A program made the position numbers and the translations under genes. A DNA stretch of 42,122 nucleotides from the IMG/VR virus record IMGVR_UViG_3300020042_005733, positions 1 through 42,122 of that record, one strand, 5' to 3'. Source of the stretch: a virus. Lineage: Duplodnaviria > Caudoviricetes. The notes beneath the pieces are model-generated. The model was given only the letters and a program-made list of their open reading frames with translations, was not told the DNA's origin and made no database searches. This document shows, piece by piece, positions 17,406 to 26,451 of this stretch. Every line of letters begins with the position of its first letter. Position 1 is the stretch's first letter.

Positions 17406-20400
17406 ATGGCAGACCCAAAAGAAGAAAATACGGCTAATTCGGCACTCCCACCTGGGCTTGAGCCCATTGGAGGCACGCCGAGTACGCGTATGTTCTCAGA
17501 GCCTTTTAAGGACCCCTCTGGGGCTGGCGAACTGCCCCTTGGACTTGAAGCATCGCGCCCGACCCTCAGCCAACGGGCCACGGAAGTTGGCATTGGAACC
17601 GCCCAAGGCGCAGCGCGTGACACTCCTGTCGTAGCCGGTGCAGTGGCTGGCCTGCGTTTAGGCATGCCTCTGGCCACAGCAGCTGTTCCTTTTATTGGGC
17701 CGTATGCCGGTGCCATTCCTTTGGTTACCACAGCTATTGGCGCTGGCGCTGGTATGTTCTTTGGCAATGAGCTTGAGCGCTGGTTCCCTGCCGTTGAACG
17801 TGAAGACTTGGTGCCTTACCGCGAGGGCGGCAAGACGTTTGGTTCTGCAATAGCCACGGCTCCCGCGGCATTTAGTTTGCCTGTTATGACGGGCAATCGC
17901 GTGTCCAAATTTATCTCCGCCTTTGGCGAGACAGCGCGGCGCAGCCCCCTTGCCTTTATGGGCACCGAGGCGGTTACTGCCACAACAATGGGCGTTGCGG
18001 GCGGTGGAGCGGAGTCCTATTTCCCTGGCCAACAAGGCGTTCGTTTTGGGGCGGAACTATCAGCGGGCCTATTGACGCCTACTAAGTTGCTTGTCAATGG
18101 CCTGGACTTGGCCAAGGGCGGCTTAAAGCAGATGAAGTCGAGTTACGCCAACCGGTCTAACTCGCTGGAACTGAAGGCCACCAACATACTGCTTGATGCC
18201 CTGGACAAAGCGGGGGAAGACCCTGTTGCACTGTCCAAGGCCTTGCGTCAGCAATTGCCGGGCGCTGTGCCCACCCCAACTTCTGGCCAGAAAACAGGCA
18301 GTCAAGCCCTGATGGACCTGGAGACTGCCCTGGGGGAGCACCACGCCCAGTTTGGTGGTGAAACCAAGCAGCAAGCAATTAACTCCATGCGTGCCTACCA
18401 GGCGCTCATTGACAATCTGCAAAAAATTGGCAACCCTGAGTCGTTGAAGATGGCAGCGCAACTGCGCCAGCAGAACTTTGACAACATGCTTAATACGCGC
18501 TTGTCTGCAGCGGATGCCAAGGCAGCGCAAAAGATTGCCATGATCAGCAAGGACACTCCGCAGGCACGTGTTGCCATTGGAGACATTGTCAAGACTGAGA
18601 CCGAGTTGGCACTGCGCCAGGCACGCGACTACGAAAACGAGCTGTGGACCGCCGCTGTCGGTGACATGACCAAGCCGGTTACTTCCGTGAAGCAAAGCAA
18701 GGTGCCTATGGAAGGCCCTGAGGCAGAGCGCATCTACAGCCGCACTGGCAAATGGCCAACAATCACCCTCTCAGATCAAGTGCTCAAGGCCCCTGTCATC
18801 AAGCCCCAGGCTACTGTTGATATTTTCTTGAACCGCGCTGCTGGCGTGGGCGAAGCGCTGTACGACGACGCCATCCCTGCGCCTGTGCGCAAGATCATGG
18901 AATCGTTGAACGTGAGCAAGGACGCTGTGCAGCAGTTCAAGGCAGGCAAGGCAACGCAGGAATTTATTGACACCAAGCAGGTGCCTTACGGCTTCAAGCC
19001 CAACCCAAGCGAGATTGGTGTTGATGAGCTGGTGAACTACCGCTCTACGCTCCTAAAGATGGCACGTGAAGCTGCCGGCCGTGGCGAGGTAAGCAATGCT
19101 GATTTCTACGGAGCATTGGCCGAGGGCATGCTCGGCGATCTAAACACACTGAAGAATCCTCTCTTTGACCAGGCGCGTCAGTATTCCAAGAGCCTGAACG
19201 ACGTCTTCACCCGCACCTTTGCCAAGGAAGCGTCCATCACTGGCAGCACAACCCGTGCCGGGGCAGAGCGCTTGGCCCCCGAGCTACTCGTGACCCGGGC
19301 CTTTGGCGCTAACGCCGACGTCACGTCACTTCGCATGGAGCAGATTGAAGATGCTGTGAAGTTTGGCCGCACGCAATACGACGAAGCGGTAACTAAGTTT
19401 GGTAAGAACAGCCAGCAGGCCAAGAATCTCAAGCCCATGGCAGAGCTGTCGGACACACAAGTGGTGTCAATTCAGGATGCACAAAACCGTGTGCTGCGCT
19501 TGCTTGCAAACGAAGCGGTCACGACCGTCTACGATCAGGCCAAGGGCACATATGTGCAGAAGCTCAATACTGCCAAACTGACAAAGTTTGCACAGCAAAA
19601 TGCCCCAATGCTGGAGAAGCTGGGCATCATGGACGACCTGCGTGACGCAGCGCATGCGAGCAACCTGCTCGCGCAAGTAACTAACCAAAACAGTGCCATC
19701 AACAAAACGGTAAAGAACCAGACAGCGTTTGCTCAAGTGCTGTCCGTGGAGAATCCAAGCCGCGCTATCAACGACGCGCTGACAAGTAAGTTCCCCGTCA
19801 GGAACATTGTCAACATCGCCAAGCTGGCCAAGGCCGGTGGTGGTGATTCAGTGGATGGGATGAAGTCCGCTTTGTACGACTACGCCTACACCAAAGCAGG
19901 CGGCAATTCTGGTAAGTTCAATATTCAGGCCTACGAAGACGCGCTCTTCAAGCCTATTGCGCAGAACCAGCCTTCTATGGTAAACATCATGCGCTCAAGC
20001 GGTTTGATGTCCCTCACTGAAATTAAAGACCTGCGTCGTTTGATCAACCCCATGGTAAAGATTGAAACGGCGGTGAAGAACAACATTCCGCTGGATGATG
20101 TGATTCAAGGCGCTGATGCGGTCACTGAGTTGGCCTTACGCGTTGTGGGTGCACGAATCGGTACAACGGCGTCCCCTGGTGGCGCGGGCTCCCTGATTGC
20201 TGCTTCTGCCGGTTCCAAAGCGGTGCGTCAAATCTTTGATAACCTGCCAAATGCAACCGTGCGTCAGATTCTGGAGAATGCGGTAAAAGACCCTGAAGCC
20301 ATGGCTATTCTTTTGGACAAAGGTCGCACGCAAAAGCAGGAAATTGACATTGCCAACCGCCTGTTGAATTACCTTGGAAGCATAGGTGTGTCAGTAGGTA

Positions 20401-20711
20401 AGACCGCTGTTACGCCAGCGTTGAACTACATCGCGCCCGAAGAACCACGGCCCTCGCAAGTGCAGGCAGCGCCGCAGGCTCCGTTCACACCGCAAGGCCA
20501 GGCCGCGCGCCAACTGCGCATGATGCCAAAAGCACCGAGCACGCGGGGTGTGCCAGGGCTCATGGATACCGCTCCAAAGGCTTCCGGTCAAAGTGGCAGC
20601 AGTAATGCACCCACCAATGCCAATGCCAACGCACGGTCCCTGTTTCAGTCACTCTTCCCGTTTGACAGCGTTACTCCAATGGTTAACGCGCAGCAGCCTC
20701 CGACGCAGTAA
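17406..20711 (+). CDS. Large putative internal virion / ejection protein
   Basis: 1101 aa, Ala-rich and helical; last gene of the structural operon. Confidence 0.6.
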   Translation: MADPKEENTANSALPPGLEPIGGTPSTRMFSEPFKDPSGAGELPLGLEASRPTLSQRATEVGIGTAQGAARDTPVVAGAVAGLRLGMPLATAAVPFIGPYAGAIPLVTTAIGAGAGMFFGNELERWFPAVEREDLVPYREGGKTFGSAIATAPAAFSLPVMTGNRVSKFISAFGETARRSPLAFMGTEAVTATTMGVAGGGAESYFPGQQGVRFGAELSAGLLTPTKLLVNGLDLAKGGLKQMKSSYANRSNSLELKATNILLDALDKAGEDPVALSKALRQQLPGAVPTPTSGQKTGSQALMDLETALGEHHAQFGGETKQQAINSMRAYQALIDNLQKIGNPESLKMAAQLRQQNFDNMLNTRLSAADAKAAQKIAMISKDTPQARVAIGDIVKTETELALRQARDYENELWTAAVGDMTKPVTSVKQSKVPMEGPEAERIYSRTGKWPTITLSDQVLKAPVIKPQATVDIFLNRAAGVGEALYDDAIPAPVRKIMESLNVSKDAVQQFKAGKATQEFIDTKQVPYGFKPNPSEIGVDELVNYRSTLLKMAREAAGRGEVSNADFYGALAEGMLGDLNTLKNPLFDQARQYSKSLNDVFTRTFAKEASITGSTTRAGAERLAPELLVTRAFGANADVTSLRMEQIEDAVKFGRTQYDEAVTKFGKNSQQAKNLKPMAELSDTQVVSIQDAQNRVLRLLANEAVTTVYDQAKGTYVQKLNTAKLTKFAQQNAPMLEKLGIMDDLRDAAHASNLLAQVTNQNSAINKTVKNQTAFAQVLSVENPSRAINDALTSKFPVRNIVNIAKLAKAGGGDSVDGMKSALYDYAYTKAGGNSGKFNIQAYEDALFKPIAQNQPSMVNIMRSSGLMSLTEIKDLRRLINPMVKIETAVKNNIPLDDVIQGADAVTELALRVVGARIGTTASPGGAGSLIAASAGSKAVRQIFDNLPNATVRQILENAVKDPEAMAILLDKGRTQKQEIDIANRLLNYLGSIGVSVGKTAVTPALNYIAPEEPRPSQVQAAPQAPFTPQGQAARQLRMMPKAPSTRGVPGLMDTAPKASGQSGSSNAPTNANANARSLFQSLFPFDSVTPMVNAQQPPTQ

Positions 20712-21369
20712 GTCGGTCGAGCCACTGGGATTTAAACAGGTCCCAGTCTCGGCCCGCAACGGTGAACTCCTGCGTCGACCCGTCTTGTACTGCAATCAGC
20801 ACAGCGGCATAGTCAATCGCCGTCCCGTGCCTCCAGTCATGTGCCACGGCATAGGCCGCCAGCTGGTGGAAGTAATCGGTGATGTACTCGTAGCGCTTAG
20901 GCTTGACGGACTGCTTGAAGTCAACAATGGCCAGCTTGCCACGGTACGTGGCCACCAAATCAGTTGTGCCGGCGTAGCGGTCCTGATAGTACAGGCCTAC
21001 CTCAGACCCGTGGACAGCGGAGATTGCACCGAAGTACTTGTTGGCCAAGGTAAACGCCATCTGGTGGCCTTTCATGGCCATCCAATCACGGCCCAAGGCC
21101 AACGGAGCACCTGATAAAACAGATTCAAGGGTGCCGTGCATCCACGTGCCAACATAGGCCGCTTGTTCTCGTTGCTTATCAGCCTCTGCCTGGCCCACAC
21201 GCAGGGCCCATTCCTTAAGCGCTGTTTTGTCTTTGGTGCGGTCCAGCACCGTGGTCACGGACGGAACCTGTACGTCATTTGGCAAGACATAAACACGTCC
21301 GGAAGATGCGTCGATTCTTTCAAGTTTTTCGTACACAAAATCGTGTGACCAAGGGATCAAATCAACCAT
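20683..21369 (-). CDS. PD-(D/E)XK exonuclease
   Basis: PSVTTVL, GTWMH, E...YAGTTDLV...IVDFKQS, QLAAYA. Confidence 0.85.
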   Translation of the reverse strand: MVDLIPWSHDFVYEKLERIDASSGRVYVLPNDVQVPSVTTVLDRTKDKTALKEWALRVGQAEADKQREQAAYVGTWMHGTLESVLSGAPLALGRDWMAMKGHQMAFTLANKYFGAISAVHGSEVGLYYQDRYAGTTDLVATYRGKLAIVDFKQSVKPKRYEYITDYFHQLAAYAVAHDWRHGTAIDYAAVLIAVQDGSTQEFTVAGRDWDLFKSQWLDRLTASEAAAR

Positions 21370-22808
21370 GTTTTAAATTCCTCTCCAAGAACTTGTGTTG
21401 CGATGTCGATCTTTGCACGCAGTGCTTTGACGATCTTTTCGTCCACGGTGCCCACGGCAATCAGGTCAATGTAAGTTACGTTCTTGGTCTGGCCAATACG
21501 ATGGGCGCGGTCCTCAGACTGCAGGCGCTTTTCCAAGTCAAAGCTGTTGCTGTAATAGACCATTGTGTTCGCGGCTGTGAGCGTCAGTCCGTAGCCCCCA
21601 GTGCTAGGGTTGCCAACAAAGAAACGCATTTCACTGTCCGGGTTCTGAAACTCTTCTAAGACGCGCTTTCGCTCGTCCATGTCCGTGTCGCCGTAGTACA
21701 TGCCTACAGTGTTCATGCCGTATTCTTTTGAAAGCGCCAACTTGATGGCTTCAATGTCGTGCCGGTAATTGGCCCAAATGATCAGCTTGCCATCCGTCTC
21801 TTCAACAATGGCCAGCAGCTCATCTAAGCGCTTGTTGGGCAGTTCAATGACAGTGCCGTCGTCTAGCTTTACGTGGCCGCAGACGATCTGGTGCAGACGC
21901 ATGAGCTGCGTGAGCGCATTGACAGTGCTCACCAGGCCCCCGTCAATCTGGGCCATGGCAAAGGCCTTCATCTCGTTGTAGTACTTGAGCTGCTCGGGCG
22001 TCAAGTCCACCTCGCGCTTGATGTAGAGCTTGTCAGGCAAATCCAAACACTCTTCTTTTTTCACGCGGTACGCAAAGCGGTCGAGCTTTTCTTTCAGCTC
22101 ATCCAAACGTCTGTAGCCCACGACTTGTTTGAAGCTGTGGGTGTTGAGCTGGCGCTCCACGGTGACGCAGTAGCGGGCCTGGAACACGTAAAAGCTGCTG
22201 ACGTTGAGGCAGTCATCCGACAAGAACGCGCACTGCTGGTACAGGTCCATTGGGCTTTTGGTAACCGGGGAGCCCGTGAGGATGCGCCTGTATCGCGCGC
22301 CACGGCCCACCTTCTCAGTGTTCTTGCTGCGTGCAGAGGTGTGCGTCTTGATGGTGGTGCTCTCGTCGATCGCCATCATTGCGTTATGCACAAGCAAAAA
22401 GCGCTTGGCGTAGGCTGTGCCCTTGGCAGTGCTAAAAGCCTCGACGTTCATCACCAAGATTTTTAAATCTTCGGTGACGGTAAACAGTTCATCCATTGCC
22501 TTTTGCTCGGCCTTTCTAGGCGACGGCGACCAGATGGCCATGCGAAATACGACATGGTCGGGTAAATGCTTAGGGATTTCTGTGTCATACCAGTTACGAT
22601 AGACACCTTTAGGGGCCACGATCAAGAACCCGTTGAGCTTGCCCTTGTCGTAGAGCATTGCTACATTGTTAATCAGCATAAAACTCTTGCCTGTGCCCAT
22701 GTCGGCAAAAAGCGCAGCGGACTGGTACTCCCAAAAACGCTGAAGGTAAGCCTGCTGATGTACGTAGGGCTTGTTCTTAAATGGGTAGGTCGATAAAAAT
22801 TGGTTCAT
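21357..22808 (-). CDS. SNF2-family (SF2) helicase
   Basis: DMGTGKS, DES, LTGSP, GGYGLTL, QSEDRAHRIGQ; ATG 22808 preceded by TAGAAAGAGA. Confidence 0.92.
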   Translation of the reverse strand: MNQFLSTYPFKNKPYVHQQAYLQRFWEYQSAALFADMGTGKSFMLINNVAMLYDKGKLNGFLIVAPKGVYRNWYDTEIPKHLPDHVVFRMAIWSPSPRKAEQKAMDELFTVTEDLKILVMNVEAFSTAKGTAYAKRFLLVHNAMMAIDESTTIKTHTSARSKNTEKVGRGARYRRILTGSPVTKSPMDLYQQCAFLSDDCLNVSSFYVFQARYCVTVERQLNTHSFKQVVGYRRLDELKEKLDRFAYRVKKEECLDLPDKLYIKREVDLTPEQLKYYNEMKAFAMAQIDGGLVSTVNALTQLMRLHQIVCGHVKLDDGTVIELPNKRLDELLAIVEETDGKLIIWANYRHDIEAIKLALSKEYGMNTVGMYYGDTDMDERKRVLEEFQNPDSEMRFFVGNPSTGGYGLTLTAANTMVYYSNSFDLEKRLQSEDRAHRIGQTKNVTYIDLIAVGTVDEKIVKALRAKIDIATQVLGEEFKTWLI

Positions 22809-22832
22809 GATGTATCTCTTTCTAACAGGGGG

Positions 22833-22862
22833 TTGCAATTCCCTGAAAAGATAGTGTACACT
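22833..22862 (+). promoter_or_regulatory. Putative sigma70 promoter in the divergent gap
   Basis: TTGCAA-N18-TACACT upstream of the replication operon. Confidence 0.5.
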
Positions 22863-22893
22863 GGTCCCTCGAATTCAGAAAGGAGAAATTCAC

Positions 22894-23238
22894 GTGCCCA
22901 AAGTTTACGTTGTCTCAGAGACTACGCAACACAACATAGCAAGCGCTCTGGACTATGGCCAGATCGAAACTATTCTGCCTCCCAATGCGCAGATAGCTTT
23001 CTCTGTTGTGCCGACAGTCCGCCGCATCCAGCGCAAGTTGGAAAAATTTACTGATGAGGACTTCCTGCTCCTCATTGGTGACCCCTCTGCTATAGGCATT
23101 GCCTGTGCAGTAGCTGCCAGTAAAAACAATGGCCGCTTTAAGTGCCTCAAGTGGGACAAGCGTGAAAGACGCTATATTCCATTGGAGGTTGATTTGTTCA
23201 AGAAAGGAGAAATAGATGAGTCTTACGAATTTATTTGA
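22894..23238 (+). CDS. Hypothetical protein
   Basis: GTG start with strong RBS AAAGGAG; DFLLLIGDP motif. Confidence 0.75.
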   Translation: MPKVYVVSETTQHNIASALDYGQIETILPPNAQIAFSVVPTVRRIQRKLEKFTDEDFLLLIGDPSAIGIACAVAASKNNGRFKCLKWDKRERRYIPLEVDLFKKGEIDESYEFI

Positions 23239-23770
23239 AGATGACGCAGGTGCGTTGAAAGTATCTGATGATCAGGTATCTGGTATCGCTGGGCTTGCCA
23301 AGCGTGCCAAGATGCTTGAAAAAGAGATTGCTGAGATGGAGGAAGTTCTCGCAGAGCGAAATGATCAGTACCGCAAGCTCACCGAACAAACTATTCCTGA
23401 GGCCATGGCCGAAACAGGGATGAAGAAGTTTGTAATGGAAGATGGCAGTAGCATTGACATCAAGCCGTTCTACGGAGCGAGCATTCCAAAAGCACGTCAG
23501 GCCGAAGCGTACCAATGGTTGCGTGACAACGGTTTTGACGACATCATCAAGAACACCATCAGCGTCCGTTTCGGTCGCGGTGAAGACGAACTCTCAGTTC
23601 GTCTATTGAATCTACTGGGCACGCAAGGCTACCCTGCCGAGCAAGCACAGAAGATAGAACCCCAGACTCTCAAGGCCTGGGTTAAGGAACGTGTCGAAAA
23701 GGGTCAAACCGTCGACACAGAACTTTTTGGCGTATTTATTGGCCAAAAAGCAATCATTAAATCAAACTGA
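23216..23770 (+). CDS. Conserved phage replication-region protein
   Basis: Coiled coil, then WLRDNG.DDIIKN, FGRGED and PQTLKAWVKE; RBS AAAGGAG. Confidence 0.75.
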   Translation: MSLTNLFEDDAGALKVSDDQVSGIAGLAKRAKMLEKEIAEMEEVLAERNDQYRKLTEQTIPEAMAETGMKKFVMEDGSSIDIKPFYGASIPKARQAEAYQWLRDNGFDDIIKNTISVRFGRGEDELSVRLLNLLGTQGYPAEQAQKIEPQTLKAWVKERVEKGQTVDTELFGVFIGQKAIIKSN

Positions 23771-23786
23771 AACAAGGAAAAGAATC

Positions 23787-24560
23787 ATGGCTAAAAACGA
23801 AATCGCGGAACAGAAAGCCAGCACCGCACTGGCTATCATGAGTGACCTGGAACAGGACGCTGGAGCCGGCTTTGACGGCATGACAACGGAAGACTATGCA
23901 CTGCCTTTCCTGCGTCTGCTTACAAGCACCAGCCCTGAAGTCGGCGAAGTTGATGGTGCCCTACCCGGCATGATCCTCAACTCCGTTACAGGTGAATTGT
24001 TTGACGGCAAAAAAGGTATCGCCGTTGTACCTTGCGCATACGTGCGTCAGTACATCGAGTGGACCCCACGCGGTCAAGGAAGCGGAGCACCTGTGCATAT
24101 CTATCCTGCAACCAGTGACATCCTGTCGCAGACTCATAAAGAGCCTGGTGACAACAAGGACTACCTGGATAACGGTAACTACATCGAGAACACCGCCAAT
24201 TACTACGTGATGGTAATTGGTACGTCTGGTTTTCCTGAGCCCGCTCTCATCACCATGAAGTCTACGCAGCTTAAGAAGAGCCGCAAGTGGAACTCTATGA
24301 TGCAGTCGGTCAAGATGGCTGGCAAAAACGGTTTGTTTACACCACCGATGTACAGCCAAATGTACAAACTTTCTACTGTTGCTGAGTCTAACGACAAAGG
24401 CAAGTGGTTTGGTTGGGAAGTCGAGCGTACCAGCCCTGTCGAGTCCGCCGATGTGTACAACGCAGCTAAGACATTCGCACAGTCGGTCGGTGCGGGTGAC
24501 GTGAAAGTGAAGCATGAAAGTGAAACTGGAGCAGCTGGAAACGGTTCTGCACCATTCTGA
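23787..24560 (+). CDS. Putative ssDNA-binding protein
   Basis: ALPFLRLL, MKSTQLKKSRKWNS, NDKGKWFGW, C-terminal ...APF; located before the primase; ATG 23787 follows AAGGA. Confidence 0.6.
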   Translation: MAKNEIAEQKASTALAIMSDLEQDAGAGFDGMTTEDYALPFLRLLTSTSPEVGEVDGALPGMILNSVTGELFDGKKGIAVVPCAYVRQYIEWTPRGQGSGAPVHIYPATSDILSQTHKEPGDNKDYLDNGNYIENTANYYVMVIGTSGFPEPALITMKSTQLKKSRKWNSMMQSVKMAGKNGLFTPPMYSQMYKLSTVAESNDKGKWFGWEVERTSPVESADVYNAAKTFAQSVGAGDVKVKHESETGAAGNGSAPF

Positions 24561-24565
24561 TTTTC

Positions 24566-24660
24566 GGGGCCGAAAGTGCTTGGGAGACTGATAGTTGAGT
24601 CAATTCATGTAGCTCATGAAAGACAAAACACGGGTACCCCTTCCGGCGTGAGTAGGCCCC
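24566..24660 (+). ncRNA. Candidate structured cis-RNA with a bulged-G/loop E-like motif
   Basis: GGGGCC/GGCCCC closing stem, GAAA opposite GAGUA, continuing stem with G-U pairs, inner TTCATG/CATGAA hairpin; fills the intergenic gap. Confidence 0.5.
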
Positions 24661-24679
24661 ACCTCACTAGAAAGAAGAA

Positions 24680-26212
24680 ATGACCGACATCACCAGGTTC
24701 AAAGCGATTTTTTCTGGCCTGGACATCGCTTATGGAACATACAAAATTGAATCATCCCGGGGAGACGGGAAACAGGCAGGCAAGGCCGTCGTGGTGCGCA
24801 AGCCACCGACTGACGACTTGTGGACCAAGCACCTTGAAGGCGTTGAACCGAGTCTGGGAATTATCCCGATCCGGGCAGATAACTCCTGCATCTGGGGCTG
24901 TATTGACATTGACCAGTATCCACTGGACCACGTTGGCCTGATAAAAAAGGTCAGGAGCCTTGAGCTCCCAATGGTTGTGTGCCGCAGCAAGTCTGGTGGC
25001 GCGCATGTCTTTCTGTTTACCAAAGAACCTATACCCGCTGCTGAGATGCAGCGGTTTCTCAAGGCCTGCGCCGCCCTACTGGGTGAAGCGGGCCGCGAGA
25101 TTTTCCCCAAACAAGCTGAAATCCTGGTTGACCGTGGCGACACGGGCAACTTCCTGAACCTGCCGTATTTTGGTGGGGACCAGACCATGCGCTACGCCAT
25201 CAGGGATGACGGCACAGCTGCAACACTAGAAGAGTTTTACGAGCTGTACGAACAATGGGTACAGGGCCCTGATCTTAAATTTCCCGAAGAGCCAAAAGCT
25301 CCAGATCATCCAATTAAGGATGGCCCACCATGCTTACAGGCCCTGTGCACTCAGGGCGTGCCAGAAGGCACACGCAACAACGCGCTGTTCAACATTGGCA
25401 TCTACCTCAAGAAGGTCATCCCCATACATTGGGACGACGCACTGGTCGAACACAACCTTAAGTACGTCTCACCGCCGCTGCCCAACAACGAGGTTCAAAT
25501 CCTGGTTAAGCAGCTGCACAAAAAAGAATATCGTTACAAGTGCAAAGATTCACCGCTCAACAGCTTTTGCAACAGCGGGCTTTGCAGGACACGCAAACAC
25601 GGGATCGGGGCCAACGGGCCAGATGCCCCACAGGTGTCGTCGTTATCCAAGTACAACTCAGAGCCGCCGCTGTGGTTCCTTGACATCAACGGCAAGCGCA
25701 TTGAACTGGATACAGAGAGCCTGTTTGCACAAGCAGCATTTCAAAAGTCGTGCGTCGAAAAGCTCAACTTACTGCCTCCTACATTGCGCAAGCAGGATTG
25801 GGAGCAGCTTCTCAACGCGCTGCTTAAAGAAATGGTGGAGACCGAACAGATCACTGAGGCGAGCGAAGATACCAGCATTACCGGTCGCTTCAACGATCTG
25901 CTTGAAGAGTTCTGCACGCACTTGCAACAGGCAATGGACCGCGAAGAGATTCTCATGGGCCGCCCATGGACAGATGACAACGAAGCTAAGACCTACTTTC
26001 GCATGAAAGACTTAGAGGCGCACCTGGTGCGCAACAACTTTAAGGGCATGACGCATCCAAAGATGGCGCAGCGTCTGCGTGACTTGGGCGGCGAACCGAT
26101 TAGCCTCTTTCTCAAGAACCGCGCTGCACGGTGTTGGAAGATTCCACGCTTCAGTCGCCAGGACGCACCATTCGAGACCCCCGAACAACGGATTACAAGG
26201 AGCCCATTCTGA
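24680..26212 (+). CDS. DNA primase, archaeo-eukaryotic primase (AEP)-like with PriCT-type domain
   Basis: CIDID (DxD), RSKSGGAH, NLPYF, PPCL, EGTRNNALF and a Cys cluster; no Walker A motif. Confidence 0.75.
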   Translation: MTDITRFKAIFSGLDIAYGTYKIESSRGDGKQAGKAVVVRKPPTDDLWTKHLEGVEPSLGIIPIRADNSCIWGCIDIDQYPLDHVGLIKKVRSLELPMVVCRSKSGGAHVFLFTKEPIPAAEMQRFLKACAALLGEAGREIFPKQAEILVDRGDTGNFLNLPYFGGDQTMRYAIRDDGTAATLEEFYELYEQWVQGPDLKFPEEPKAPDHPIKDGPPCLQALCTQGVPEGTRNNALFNIGIYLKKVIPIHWDDALVEHNLKYVSPPLPNNEVQILVKQLHKKEYRYKCKDSPLNSFCNSGLCRTRKHGIGANGPDAPQVSSLSKYNSEPPLWFLDINGKRIELDTESLFAQAAFQKSCVEKLNLLPPTLRKQDWEQLLNALLKEMVETEQITEASEDTSITGRFNDLLEEFCTHLQQAMDREEILMGRPWTDDNEAKTYFRMKDLEAHLVRNNFKGMTHPKMAQRLRDLGGEPISLFLKNRAARCWKIPRFSRQDAPFETPEQRITRSPF

Positions 26213-26451
26213 TGTTAAAAATTGATGGACATGACGACGCGATTCTTGGGCCAGCAATGATCTGGAGAAACAACACTACGGTGGGTGTCCTGGTGTACGA
26301 CGCGGAAGTTATCCGCGCGACACTGATAAAGCGTGACGGCATGAGCTCTACAGACGCACGTGAATTCATTGAGTTCAACATTGAAGGCGCATACGTCGGT
26401 GAGGACACTCCTGTGCTGGTTTGGCCAGATGACCAGTGGGACGAAGAATGA
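26212..26451 (+). CDS. Small acidic conserved phage protein
   Basis: MLKIDGHDDAILG...EFNIEGAYVGEDTP; TGATG overlap start. Confidence 0.75.
   Translation: MLKIDGHDDAILGPAMIWRNNTTVGVLVYDAEVIRATLIKRDGMSSTDAREFIEFNIEGAYVGEDTPVLVWPDDQWDEE

Noticed and set aside
13854-20591. Many 60-200 aa minus-strand ORFs over the ejection genes
   Set aside because: Antisense shadows of long Ala/Gln-rich genes.
20683-21369. Cas4 or CRISPR association
   Set aside because: No Fe-S cysteines, no cas genes and no repeat-spacer array; an ordinary phage exonuclease.
24566-24660. tRNA or terminator
   Set aside because: No cloverleaf or T-loop consensus, and no U-tract.
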